The translations under genes were made by a program, and so were the position numbers. The notes beneath the pieces are model-generated. The model did not search any database. It was not told the DNA's origin and was given only the letters and a program-made list of their open reading frames with translations. 64,000 bases of DNA from Kondoa subrosea. Lineage: Eukaryota. The stretch covers positions 1,178,001-1,242,000 of the forward strand of contig BCIN01000003.1 of the NCBI GenBank assembly GCA_039545335.1, given 5' to 3'. Below are positions 23,695-37,361 of the stretch, piece after piece (position 1 is the stretch's first letter; the number at the start of each line of letters is the position of its first letter).

Positions 23695-26600
23695 TTATAG
23701 TCCCTTTTTAGCTGCTAATCTCTTGAGTTCTTCAAATTCATTCTTGCCAGCTTGTCTACACAAAGCAGCGAAATGTGAATCTGCGTTATCGAGCAAAGTC
23801 GACGGGGTATCGTATCTATCCTCTACTGCATCAGCTGTGTCGCACTGACTGCCTGCTAAGAGAAAGCTCACTCTAAGACACGACCGTCTCCCAAGACGAG
23901 AATCTTGTCGTAATCGATGATTGTAGTTAAGCTATTCATTGAATAAGCTTACTCTTCGCTGCGAAGGAAGATTGATCGTACCGATGAGCTATACATATCA
24001 GTGTAGCATCTTCCATCTCGCTTCGGATAGTTTGCTGAATCCTCTCGTCCGTTTTCGCGTCTGTCCGAACATGCCTCTGCTTTAAGCATTCAAAAATGCA
24101 AAGACGAGAGCGAACGGACCTAGTGAAGCGGTAGATTCATCCAGTATCAAGATATTGCTCGTAGACAGCTTCAGTAGCCCTGTTGAGATTGCCACGTTCA
24201 GCGTTTGATATCTGGAGAAAGAGAAGAAGAGTCGTACCTCTGGCTAGAGCCAACAACTGCCTTTGTCCAACAGAGAAATTCTTCCCTCCTTCCGTGACTA
24301 CATCATCCAACGATCTGATCGCTACTCTTTCTTCCGTCACTCCTTCTCCCGTTTCTTCATCTTCTTCTTCAGATGAAGCTGTAAGGGCAGTAAGTTTTAA
24401 GGTACTACCAGGTCGTGAAGGTCGAGGTGTATGACCTGGAGTATTGGAGATCATTTGACATCGTTTCAGAGCGTCCCAAAGTTCATGACTGTTTGCGTTT
24501 GTTTTTTAAGTAGCTAATTCAGGCTAGGAGAAGTAGGAGAATGAAAAACGCACTCTTGGTGTTTCTCGAATGGATCTAAATTGAATCTAATTGTTCCTGA
24601 AAAGAGAGTAGCATCTTGAGGGATTCTAAGTCGACAGCAAAGTCAGATCAGGTGTTTTGGGAATGAGAGGTAAAACTGACATAGTCAAACGACTTCGCAG
24701 ATCTTGTAACGCTACAGAAGCGATATCGAGTCCATCAATCTCAATAGTCCCAGTTTCGGCATCAAGAAAGCGAAAGAAGGTAAGACTAGAGTCGATGTAA
24801 GCAAAATGAGAAGTTTGGGCGGACAATAACTTACGCTAAGGTGGATTTGCCTGATCCAGTGCTATACAGAGGTAATACAGTAAGCGTAAATCATTGTATC
24901 TGTCTGAAAAGCAACGCACCGGCCTACAACAGCAACCTTCAAGGTATGGTCAGCTAGCTTTCGATGGTAATATAGATCCACTAACCTTCTCTCTCGGCTG
25001 AATTGTAAAGCTAACATCCTTCAACACCGGTGGTAGATGAGGAGCATAGCGAGCCGTAAGATTAGATACTTTGATACTGCCATTTTTGCTCGGCCAGCTT
25101 GCAGGTGGTTCGATGCCTATGGTCGATTCTTGAGGTAGATTCAGGTATTCGTTGATTCTTTCGATACAGTTGCCATCAATCTGTAATTCAGCTGCGAGAC
25201 GCGCGACCCAGAGTAGACGTGCTATCAAGATTTGGTCAGGAGCGAACTGGAAGAAATGTAGGAATTCGTTACATTGAAAGATCATTGCATAGCTGAGAAC
25301 AAAGCCAGCTAAAGCAGCTGTTATTGTTCGACTCAAGATAACAGCTAAAGCAACGACGAGAGTGACAGCTGGGCAGTATTTCAGTACAAGAGCAATCTTG
25401 AGCTTCTGGACGTACCTGCTCCACCTAATTCGCTGCGAAAGCTAAGCCATCGATTCGTCAGCCAAAGAGAATAGAAAGGTCGGAGATTGTCATTCTGCAG
25501 ACGGAACATCTTTTGCATGAAGCGAGATCCATCGCTATATGCACGTATTGTTGTGACCTTACGAATGGGATGAGATAGGCCATCAAATTGAAGTAGAAAC
25601 AGCTCACACCGTTCAGTGTTTCGCCAAAGGCTCCATACATCGGCGAAAGTCCTACTGATTCTGCCCTTTTCAGCTCTCTAGAGCCACTGAGGTATAAATG
25701 TGTGGTATAAGCGTAGAAGGCACCCATTATGGTGCCGAATATAACTAGAATCAGCTTATGTCAGGGCAGTACAGTACAGGAAGGAAGAGGATCTACGAAA
25801 TGAGGGCATAACGAAAACGATAGCAGCGATGATGCCAACCGTCCATGCTACTTCAAGAAAGCTGGAACACCAAAATCAGCAAAGCCTCTAATGACACGGC
25901 CGCAAACTCACAAAAATTGCATCTTTCCGCCAAGTTCTTGATCTATAGTATTTGAATCGCGTGAAAGTCTATTGAGGACTACATGACAGTTGAGTAAGTT
26001 ATTGTAAGTGGGCTTTCGGCTTACTTCGTCCCACTGGAGTTATATCGAAAAAGCGAACTCGAGCGCCCAGCACCGAGTCAAAAAGCCGTTCGTACAGTCT
26101 TCTCGCCGCTACAACTGTGCGAGCCATGAATATTGCGGTTCTCGCAGCATAAAGAGTAAGGGTTATTGCAGCGAGACCGCAGTACACCTGAAGGTAGTAG
26201 ATTGTTTCTTCTCGATCAGGCGCATGCGATGCGAGTGAGGTACCCGCGGACTCGTCGTAAGATTGCGCCCACAATTGCAACCAGAAATTCATGCCGACCT
26301 CTGTTCCTTGGGAAGCAGCACTTCACAAAACTTTAGTATTGACACTGAGAAAGAGGAGGAGTTTTCTTACTAGACTGCGACAATCACTAGCCAGGTTGTG
26401 ATTCCGCCGACCGCTGTTGCATAGACTTTGTATACTCGCCAATCAACAGCGCCTTGAAATCAGTCAGCGTATGCTTCGGCCAATTGGGAAAGTAGAATCA
26501 CCTGTTTGCGCTTCTTCCTCGCGCTTTTCGACAATTGCATGTATCGGCGCCCTTTCTTTGATCTCTTCCTTGTCGCTCGCAACAGAAATGCCCTCTTTGT

Positions 26601-29600
26601 GTGCTTCTGATTGCGGCGGAGCTTCGTCAACTTCATCAGACAAGGCTGTCAGGTGCTGTGGCACATCTGCAGGTGACCCCGCATACAACACTTCTCCAGC
26701 ATCCAGGGCGACAATATACGAGCAGATGGGCACAAGCAGAGAAACGGCGTGCGAGACCAAAATGCATGTACGATCCTGCATCAGAGGACCAGATAGAGCG
26801 GCTACGAGGTGTCGAGCAGTCTGGGCATCAACAGCAGCTATACCGGAGTATCAGAGCTGAGGCAAACAATGACATCTGTCGCTGACCTATTATATCATCA
26901 AGCAGCAGATGTTTCGCTGGACTATATAAAGCTCGAGCCAATGACAGTCGAGCTTTCTGTCCACCACTCAAAACAGTCCCGCGTTCCTGTACGTGGTATG
27001 AGATAGATACACGCAGTATATATGACTACTCACGCCGACTTCGGTTTGATCGCCTTCGGGAAATTGAGCAAGATCGGGTACTAAAGCACATGCTTGTAAT
27101 ACGTCTTGATATCTTTGACCATCCCTACGCCACGATGAGATTGTTGCGCAGATGAATGATCTAACAACCATACCAAGTTGATCCAAATGTAATATTTTCG
27201 CGCACTGTGTCACTCAGAAGCCAAGCGTTCTGCGAGCAGTATGCGAGAGAATCTTCTGCAGGTTGATCACTTTTCGTATTCTTGCGCCTAAAGATCGGTG
27301 AAGGAGAATGAACAGATCCCGCTGCAACATGAGTTTCGCCTAGCAGACTGAGGAGCAGCATAGTCTTGCCTGAACCGACTGGACCGATGATCAAGGAAGT
27401 TTTGCCGATCGGGAAGGTAAGGCTCTTTGCTGCTAGATGAAACTTAGGATTCGAGAGGTTAACTAGTACATCAGTCGAGGGATTCGGCTCTTCCCAGTCG
27501 AAAATCGCGTTCATACAGCCAATATGCGGCGATTCCTCAGTCTTGTGCGAGTCATTGAGGTTTGACCATTTCTCAGAGTCTGGTTCTGCCAGGAATTCTG
27601 CTATTCGGTTGAGGGAGACGTTGGCATTGAGCACATAGACGATTACGATCGCTGCAGTCAGATCAGTCCGATACACAAGAGGATTGACATGAAGCCGTAC
27701 AAAAGTTGCTAACGAGAACAGGAGTGGATAAGCAGATATTCCAAGCGCAATGTTTCAACTCACTCTGCTGGTGTTCGAATGATATTGAAGAGTGCTAAGG
27801 CAGTGAAAGCAGTGGCTGCATTCAACGGACGCTCAAGTAGGATGGTATGCACCCAGAAAGTAGCGGCGCTGATGAGCACAGATCCACTGTGTGATGAATT
27901 GAGTTTGTTATTGCAAAATGACATACAGGACAAACGGACCCTATCATAAAGACGTTCTGTATCGCTGTAGCCCATGTCCTTTTCAGTAACAGACTAAGCT
28001 CTTCCTGACGAGCTTGATGCAATCGGTTTGAGAAACTGTGCACCGAACAAATCTCTATATCAGTATCGACTGATACAGCAGATTGTCGGCGCACCTTTTC
28101 TGCCAAGCGAAGAATTTTACGACTCTGACTGCTTGAATGATCTCTTGCACCAAATGAAGACGCTTGTCTGCTGCAGCAAGCAAGCGTGTGGAATATTGCA
28201 GATAGATTTTGCTCACTGAGAAGTCCGATCAACAAAGAGCCCCCTAAGAGAGATTGACCACTTACGTCCACTTTGAATAGGTACTTGGATGAGCAGTACG
28301 ACTAATCCAGCTAGAGCAGAAATCCCTAGAAGCCTGAACAGCAAGACAACGGCCAAAGTAATCTGAACGAAAGTGGCAGGCCAGAGCATATACAGATAGC
28401 CAGCGATTTCGGATGTTCGATATACGTCGACAGACATCATGTTGGTCACTCTTCCTGCTCCACTACTCTTTGTCACATCATCACCTTCTTTACCTACAGC
28501 TCGATCTGCTCTTCTCAAAGTCTTTGCATAAATTTCACCACTTAGAATTCCCTTCAATTTGACAGATATCCTTCTTCCAATTATTAGAGTTTGACCCATA
28601 GCAACAGAAGAAACCATTTGCGAAGCAAACATCAGAACAGCATAAACGATTGCCAAATCTCTAGCAGTAGGATCTCGGTGTTTCTTGCTCAACGAATCCA
28701 AGATGAGTCTTAAGAAAATAGCAGGTCCAATTCGAGTTAGCGATTCAACCCATGCCCAAGCTTGTTGTTTCATCAATTCAGCTCTAAAGAACCAGATTAT
28801 TCTTGTTCTGAACGATCGACCTTGCGTCCATCCGCTCATAGTTCTGAAATTGTATAATGCTGTTGCTGGTTTCCCATCGGGCAGCACTTCGGGCGCTTCA
28901 ATCGCTCCTGTTGTTTTTGAGGCTCGATAAATCATAGGAGTGAGAAAGTCGTATGTTGCTAGCGAAAGAAGTGAGGCGGGCTTATATTCTGATGGTGCGG
29001 AATCAAGAGGAATTGCTCCACAACTAGATCTTGGACGAAGGAGCAGATATAGAATGTTGACTGTGAGACATGAAGTGATTGTGATTTGTATTGCAGTTGC
29101 AGGGTATTTGGAGCTAGAGGTATAGATGAAAGATCGAAGGCTGATGATGGCGCTTGTCCAGGCGAACAGATAGTAGGTAGTAATAACGTTGTCGATAGTG
29201 AAAGAGAGCTTTGATTCAGGCCGAAGCATCTTGTAACAGCATAGCAGTAATATACAGGTCTGACGGGCGATAAGTGATCATCAACTCAAGGAGCGAAACT
29301 GACGGACCCAAGCTACAATTGTAAGAATTCCTTCCCATTGATGGAGCACTATTGAACGTGCAACAAAGAGTCCCAGGGAAGCGATTGTAACGACAACTTG
29401 TATGGCATTATACCGACTATCTGTTGAATGCTGCGATTGAAGGTAAGATTCTATCGACAGTATGCCTGGACCAGAGCCATTCTGTTTTGCAATGTCACTA
29501 GAGTCAATGAAGCCAAGTGCCAGAGCTGAATCTTGAGCCTCTTGAGCAGCTACTGATCGAATGACTTCTAATTCTGCAGCTCGAACGGGATCATCTGGCA

Positions 29601-29805
29601 AGGTTTCGTCTTCATCTTCCAGTTTGATGGACTGATTACTGAAATAGGCTGATATGCCAAGATACAGCAAGGCCAGCCCACAGATAAGCAAGGGTATAAT
29701 CTCATCGAAAACTCGAAATCTAACGCAAGGCGAGAAATCAAAGCCATCGAAAGCAGGCAGGCGACCAGCAGATCCAGAGCAGACTCTGCCAGTGTTGAGA
29801 TCCAT
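23695..29805 (-). CDS. Full-length ABCC/MRP-type ABC transporter (Ybt1/Bpt1-like), many introns
   Basis: N-terminal TM extension. NBD1 has GPVGSGKT, LSGGQKARLSLARA, LLLDD. NBD2 has VVGRTGSGKSTL, NFSVGQRQLLALAR. Two TMDs. Confidence 0.92.
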
Positions 29806-30942
29806 GCCGGTCTTGCAGTAAAGCGAGAGCGAAATGGTCTTGACCAAGCTTTGGCATGATTTTCGATGATCACTAAAGTTGCTCCCGAGGACGACTCGTA
29901 TTTGAGAGTGTCTGATTTCATCCTGTTGTTGTTCTCGGCCATGCTGGAATACGAGAGCTAGAAATTTGACTCACCGTGTGTGCAATTGCTCTCACGACCC
30001 AAAACTGGTATATAGTATGTACCCCAATTTCTTGTGAATACTCTCTTTTCCACTTTCTGAGAATTGATTCGTGTATCAACCTTGTATTTGCGGCTGTTCC
30101 TCTCGCTGCTAAAAGACATCTGGAGCTGTCTGGCTTCATCATCGACGCGCCCTTTGCGTCAATTTACCTCCTCTTTCTGTATCCTATACACAGCTCACTG
30201 CTCGTCTATTGTACGAGCTGGCATCGTAAATTGTGAGGCTGCGTTTAAAAAAAGTATTCTCGAAATCGTCTGACTTCTCATCATCTCCGATACATCCTCG
30301 GCTTAAAGCTCCTGATAGACAGACGCAGACCTTCTTCGGCCTACTCTGGTACATCCTTCTGCTGGGTTACTGGCCAAATAAGCGCGATCAAATAATCACA
30401 ATGCCTGTGGCTTATACAGAAAGGTTCTCTCTTGATTGAGCAAACTTTTACGACTATCGTCGTTCAATACTTTGAGCGCTGAAACGGTGGCACTTTTTCC
30501 AACCCGACTTGTCGTTTTAACTGTGGATGTTTCGAGTCTCACTCTCAATCCTCACATTCATCGCTCATTTGCAGAACCCTCGTACTATCATCGTACTGCT
30601 TGATCATCGACACTAATCGACCCTCATTTGCGTCTAGACTAGTTCCAATACTCAGGAAGACAAAGTCACGCAGCGGGGAGGATCTTCTACAGAGGGCGTT
30701 TTCGTTACCTGACTAAGCTTCTGTACTGACTTCTCGTACGATATTGAGCTCGGTCTATTCGGGACTTCATTATATGAGAGATCTTGGGAGCATAGCCTTG
30801 CCTTGACAAATCATTACTCCACACTTTGCCGCGAGCAGGCGGCAGGCTGAGGATACAGAAATTTGACTCTGGTTAACAGTGACCTGATCTAACCACGGGG
30901 CCGAAGGGAAAATACCCTTCTGACTGCTACAAGACAACGACA

Positions 30943-32741
30943 ATGGCTCAGCCTTACGACAACCTGTTCTCGTGCGTTTGCAAGTCCATTGAGGTGAAAG
31001 CCATTATTCATATTTCGATACAGTCAGCCTGGTTACTCAGGCGCTCAGTGGCCCAACACTGGCTACGATCAATCCAATAGCAACTCAAGCAGCAGCACCA
31101 GTATACTGCCTCCAACAAACTTCCTTGGCCAGAATTTCAACTTTAGCGATTATTCGACTATCAACTCTGGATCAGGTCATCCATTAAGCGGGAACGGTGG
31201 TAATGACAGCCATACCTTCTATCCTTCACCTCCCGAATCGTCTGGGTCTGCTCAATCGCCTATAATCCATCACAATCCCTCGGCTGCCTCTTTGCTACCT
31301 TACCCGCAATCTGTCTACAATGCCAAGGCGCAAGATTACAACTTTGCGCAAGACACTTCTGCATCTCTCAGTCCTGCACCCGGTAATTCTTATGGCGATT
31401 TCACCAAAAAGAAGAATTGGACAAGTTTACTGATGGACGAATACTCTGAATTCTTGCATGTCCTATCGCCTACAGGTCACTTCTTGTTCTCGAGCGACTC
31501 AATCACCTCTTTGACTGGATACGAACCTCACGAACTAATCGGTCACCCGATTACCGAATTCATTCACGCTGATGATATCAAGACATTGGTTCAAGGCTTC
31601 AACGATTCAATCATCACAGGAGATGAAATGGTTGTCTACATTAGATTTAAACAGAATCAAGGGGGTCGATACTTTATCTTTGAACTAAGAGGTAGACCAA
31701 GATATGGGGAAGAACATCGAACTGGTCCCGTACCTTCTTTTACTCGTGTCACATCCAAGACGATGAACAATGCAACAATCAATACTTTTGCTGTTGATCC
31801 TCAAGCTTTAGCTAATCTCGTCAGCAATTCTACTCCTCATTCCATTGGAGGTCCAGATGGTTTTCAACGAAATCAACCGAACGCGAACGATTGCAAATGC
31901 TTCTTGGCTAGCGCGAGACCATACCCAGGCAAACATGTAGCTCTCTTGGACGAATACTTAGAGTTCAAGATGGAGAATCAGAGACTGCGAACTTCTCTCA
32001 AAAGGGAGTATGAGGAAATTGATGCAGAGGGAGGAAGAGAAGGTCTGAACTTACCAACTCCAGCTAATTCGGCTCTTTCAGCTACTTGTAAGTCATTACT
32101 TCCCGGCTTACGATTGCCACAATCCTGATGAATGCTTTTCTTCAGCTCAAGGCTATCAGAACCAAAATACTTACCATCAAGCAACTTCACCTCAGAATTT
32201 TCATTTTCCACAATCTTTCGCTTACCCTTACGCTTCAACTTCTTACTCTGCTGGTTCTTCTTCTTACCCACCTCCACAGCTCAACATGTCTTACAACACT
32301 GATCCTCAGCCACAGAAAGGGCAACACAAAAGACAAGCTTCAGCCATGGATGCGGCCAAGAAAGCAGATGAAGCTGCTGCTAAGAAGACGAGGAAAGCTA
32401 GTAGGAGAGGTGAACCTGGTCAATACGTATGCAGAGATTGCGGGACACTCGATTCACCTGGTCAGTCTTACATTCTGAAATGCCGAAGAGGGCATGCTAA
32501 CGACCTTGCTGTTAGAATGGCGCAAAGGACCTGATGGACCTAAATCGCTTTGCAATGCTTGTGGCTTGGTGAGTGTTGACACTTTGCCACAGATTCGCCT
32601 GCTGATAAAGTCCTTATTTCACAGCGCTACGCTAAGAAGACCAAAGTCCCAAATTCCGAAAAACCACCTTCTAAAACTAAGCAACCGAAAATCAAGAATG
32701 CTCCAAAGCCTCGAAACGACGATGCGACTTTCGAGCAATAA
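30943..32741 (+). CDS. White collar-2-like PAS + GATA zinc-finger transcription factor
   Basis: PAS domain (KKKNW...FLHVLSPTGHFLFSS...LTGYEPHELIG..ITEFIHADD), coiled coil LDEYLEFKMENQRLR, and spliced GATA finger [32 protein letters not shown]. Confidence 0.85.
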
Positions 32742-32962
32742 TAACCCGGGATACAAATATATCTTTTGTGGGTTCATGTCGAATAGCTTGTGGAAATCTG
32801 TATTTTGTAGTGGCATTGGGGCACAAGGTGTCATAAAGAATATTGGCATCAGCATAATGTAATCTTGTGCTTGTAAGATAAATCTTCATTATGTTGCTTC
32901 TGAGATGGCTTTCAATATGTATCTATACTACGCATTTATCTTGTCACTACTGCTACTCGTTT

Positions 32963-35444
32963 CTATGCATCTTGTTCTCCGCTGTATTCAGGTAGCTTTT
33001 CGCACGCTGCTTCCCAAGTCATCGAACCTGTCGATAGAGCTGCAAGAGTAGAAACGACTTCGTCGATCTTGCCAATGCGCTGTGTAGTCGTATCTCTGTC
33101 TCGCAGAGTAATTGTGCCATTTTTTATAGCTATACGTATCAATAGCTCCATTAGCTATGCATATGCTAACGCGACGTTGGACGTACATGCGAAATCGATA
33201 GTCACACCAAAGGGTGTACCAAGCTCATCGTTCCTTGCATACCGTTTGCCGATACTAGCCCCAGAATCGTCGACTCTCGATGAAATACCAGCTTTCCTCA
33301 ATTTCGATGCTGTGTAGCCACAAATTTGATCAGCATAACACAGTGCTGAAGCAATTCTGGACTCACAGACTTCTCTTACTGTCGGTCGTAAAGATTCTGT
33401 TGCACTGATCGGTACAATGAGAACTTTGACTGGCGCTACCAAAGGCGGCAGCGAAAGGACCTGTAGAGACGAAACTCTAGAATCAGACGGATACTGATAT
33501 CGAGCACTTGTCACCTACACCTCGAGCTGCATCTTCTTCTCTTGCCCAGAATGAATGTTCTAGTAGAGAATAGAGAATTCGTCCGATACCGAATGAAGGT
33601 TCAATCACATTTGGTGTAAATTCGCGAGCTGATCACAAGCCTTAGATGCACGATGCTTGATGAAGGGAGACTACCTACTTGTTTCTCTGATGGTCTTCTG
33701 CGACACTTTCAGCACTTCTGCTGGTACATCAACATCTTTGCCTGCTGTCACCCGAATACTTGTTGTGCTATGCATTCTGTCAGCATAAGCGATAGTCTTG
33801 AGTTAACAGAACGCACCCTTTCTGTTGTAGTTCGGTAGCTACGCATTGCAACCTCTCTTGATCCAAAGCAAGAATGACATTCTCTATTGTTTTAGCATCT
33901 CCTTTGAACATTGGACCAAACTTCTTCTTCTCAATTTCTGCAACCCATCTTTCCTCTATCCTAGGTTCATCCAGCTGTTCTCTCACGACCAATTGTCTTC
34001 CAGTTCGGACAGCATGCACAGTCAAATCGTATGCTGATCGATCAGCGCATCCGACACATTCGATCCAACCGTAAGAAGATTGGATTTCAGCGTCCCAACA
34101 ATCGGAAGCGTAATGCGCCATCTCGTTCGCCATGTGTTGCCTGAAACGTAGACGTTTTGGATCTATACCGATCTTGATCAGGAAAAGGAAGATACGAGCC
34201 ATAAAGTAGCCTAGAGTTTGATTATCGACCATTCCCTGTCATGTCACTTGATCAATAGAGCTGACACAGCACAATGATCAGCAACTGACAGATGATACGG
34301 CCTCGCCAATGGTCATCTCGGAAATGTCAATCTTGCCTGCTGATTGTACATCTTTAGGTAGAAGGGACAGCTTGAGATCAGCAACTTCATCAAATCGAGG
34401 ATGATCCTTCTTGCTGGGGTCGACATAGTGCTCAATCTCGGCCATGACAAATTCTCTGTCAACGGCGAATACTTCTTATCAGCGGAAGCTGAAACAAGAA
34501 CTCCTTCACTGACCGTACTCGCAATAGACCCTGCCGCGGACTGATTTCATTTCTGAATGATTTACCAATCTGCGCACTTGCGAAAGGTACTCGACCGTTG
34601 TTGAATTCTAAGAGACGACCGAAGTTGGTGAAATGACCTTGAGCTGTTTCGGGCCGAAGATAGCTGTCAATGGAACAAAAAACTCTATCAGCTGCAAGCT
34701 GAAGGCTTCTCGGGCCACTGACCCTTTAATCTGACCTGTAGGACCGATTTGCGCCTCAAACATAAGATTAAATTCGACTGGTGTTGAGAGATCATTGCCA
34801 GTTTCTGGCGATTTGATGTTGGCTTTTTGCATGAGTTCGCCAAGTTCTGCTCCAGTGTAGTTATCGATTTGAGCTAGAATACTTTCGTATTCTTCAACAA
34901 CTGAATCCTCTAGCTTGACAGCAGCAGTCTTGACCTTCTTCTTTTTACTTTTTGCTGCCTTTTCTGCGTCTACTGGTGTTTCTTCTACTGCTTTCATGCC
35001 TCGAGCTTCCTGGTCGCCCTTGAGTCTAGCTTCGAGAACTGCTTCTACCAAATGATCCGCTCTGAAGATTTCACCAGTCTTCAAATCTTTGCACATCCAA
35101 TCCGTGAACTTGTCAACATGACCTGAGGTCTTCAAAACATCCGAGAGCGTAATGACGGTTGTATCAATTTCCAGCATATCCTCTTCTATAATGAAATGCC
35201 TTCGCCATTCATTCAAGATGTTCGCTTGCAAAGAAGCTCCAGGAGGTCCGAAATCATAGAACCCAGCACAACCACCGTAGATTTCAAACGAAGGAGTGAT
35301 GAAAAAGCGTTTAGTCAATAACCCTTCGAGAGCAGCTCGCTCGAAAGGGTGAGCGTCTTTCTTGATTGCTACAGTGGATGCCATGCGATGTAGAGATTTG
35401 CCAATGAGTAAAGGTCGATAGAAGCAAGCTAGGCCTCGTTGCAT
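32963..35444 (-). CDS. GRS1: Glycyl-tRNA synthetase (eukaryotic type)
   Basis: [78 protein letters not shown]. Confidence 0.97.
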
Positions 35445-37361
35445 CCAGACAAGCCAGATTTTCTATCTTTTCTCGGTGCAATGACTCGAGTCAGATACCA
35501 GGCTTCCATATAACCCAGGCTCGTCGTGGGTTCTATCTTATCGGTCGTATGGGCAAACGAGCGCGTTTTGCTGTTGTTTGACCTCGACTATGGACTTCGA
35601 ATTCGACTTAAGATAGGAAGGTTTCTTACATTGATCTACTGGTATTGCAACCGGCTGCAGAGCGTGAAACATGAATTTAATGGCGCTGACAAGTGTCCGG
35701 TTGCCAGTATAAGCTCAAACATCGCTTGTGAGGCTTTGACCCTGGCAGTATCACTATCTGCACGAAGCGCAAAGAAGCTACAACACCCAAGGCAACGTAT
35801 GGATCTGATCTCTTTCTATGATGCTATTCTGCTATATGGCCGGATTTCACAGCCTACGATTCTCGATCCGACCGAGCTTGTGTCTAGCCATGCACTTTCA
35901 CACTGCTGATGTACATCTGCTTACTTGGACACTGGTTGCGCATCGACTGTATAACTATTCAGAATGCTTGTCAATGCAAGCGCAAACGGAAAATCACATG
36001 CTGCTTACTCGAAACGCGACCATATGGCATTCATTTGCTGTCCCTAAAGCTTCAAACACTCTGTATACAGGCGAACATCTTTTTTGACGGCAAAAGTATT
36101 TCATTGTGATCCCAACAAGCCATGAACAGTCAGTACAAACAGTACAAAGATTGGTTTTGGATAGCAAGCTGTACATGACTTTATGACTTGTCGATCGCCA
36201 TTGATGTGCCCTGGATCTTTCGCATCTGCGAAGCGTGCATTCCGCCGTGCGGTGATCAGGATACGGGTGGCATAAGTGTTGTTCAAGGTGTGGGCCAAAG
36301 TACAATTCGATTACAGTTACAACTGCAAGCCCCCAAATCCTCATAAAACCGTCTTGATTTTTCTCCTTCTCTTCTTTTCCTCATTCACTCATCTTATTCC
36401 CTTCATTCGATACCTCTCATCTAAATTCCCTACATTTCATACCAAAGTCATTCGATACCTTATTTGTTACCTAGCTTTCCTTGATCTCGCCTTGGCCGCT
36501 TGCTTTCTGGTATCCCTCTGGCGAGGCTTCAAGTGTCTGCATTATACCCAATAGATAAAGAGAAGACTTTGAGAGACTGGTTGAGACTGGTCTTTCAAAG
36601 TTCTTCTCTTCCTGGAATCCTTGTGTTGGCCGTTTGCTCTCTGGTAACCTGGCACAAGTGAAGAGGTTTTTGATACACAATAGTCTCCCAAGCTTTGACT
36701 TGCTTCGGCAAGGTCTGGCACTGTAGATGATAGCATTGTAGTAACCTTTTCCCGCAGCTACGTCCCTTAGACTGCTTCCAGGTAACCCAGTGTAAGGAGA
36801 TCAAGGTCAGATCTGGTATTATAGTCATATTCAGACAGTCATTTTCAATGATCTCGATGTTTTACAGGGAAATACGATCTCGAAAGAACAGAGTGGAATA
36901 TTGATGCAAGTACAAAAGAAACGAGTAATGAATATACAACGACCACTACCTCTCCACAAGGTAGCTTGACAATAACGTTTCCCTTTAAGATCTAAAAGGA
37001 GATTCGCCTCTCTATAGCCGTTCCAGATTGATATAGCAGACAGCTTAAAGACTTTGCCTCTGTGGATGACGCATCAGGAAGGGTAGAGAAGAACCACTGT
37101 CCCGAGCCGAAGGGAGTCTGCTTGATTCTGCAAAGATATAAAAAGACAGTAGAATGCATAGAGAGATTCAAAGCAGTGGAAAGCAAATTTTGAGAACGAA
37201 GAAGAAGTGGAAGAGGAATATCGCAACCAGAAAGCAACTCACAAGCGATACAATTGACACTCTTCTGCCCATTTATACAATCCCCAACATCTTATACACC
37301 TTCCGCAGATCCAAACATATCTTGACTCACAATTCACACTTCATAACACATCATTAAGCAA

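Noticed and set aside
23695..29805. ABC transporter as exporter of the RLRGG-derived peptide
   Set aside because: It is about 18 kb away with unrelated genes between, and it is ABCC-type rather than the Ste6/ABCB pheromone-exporter type.
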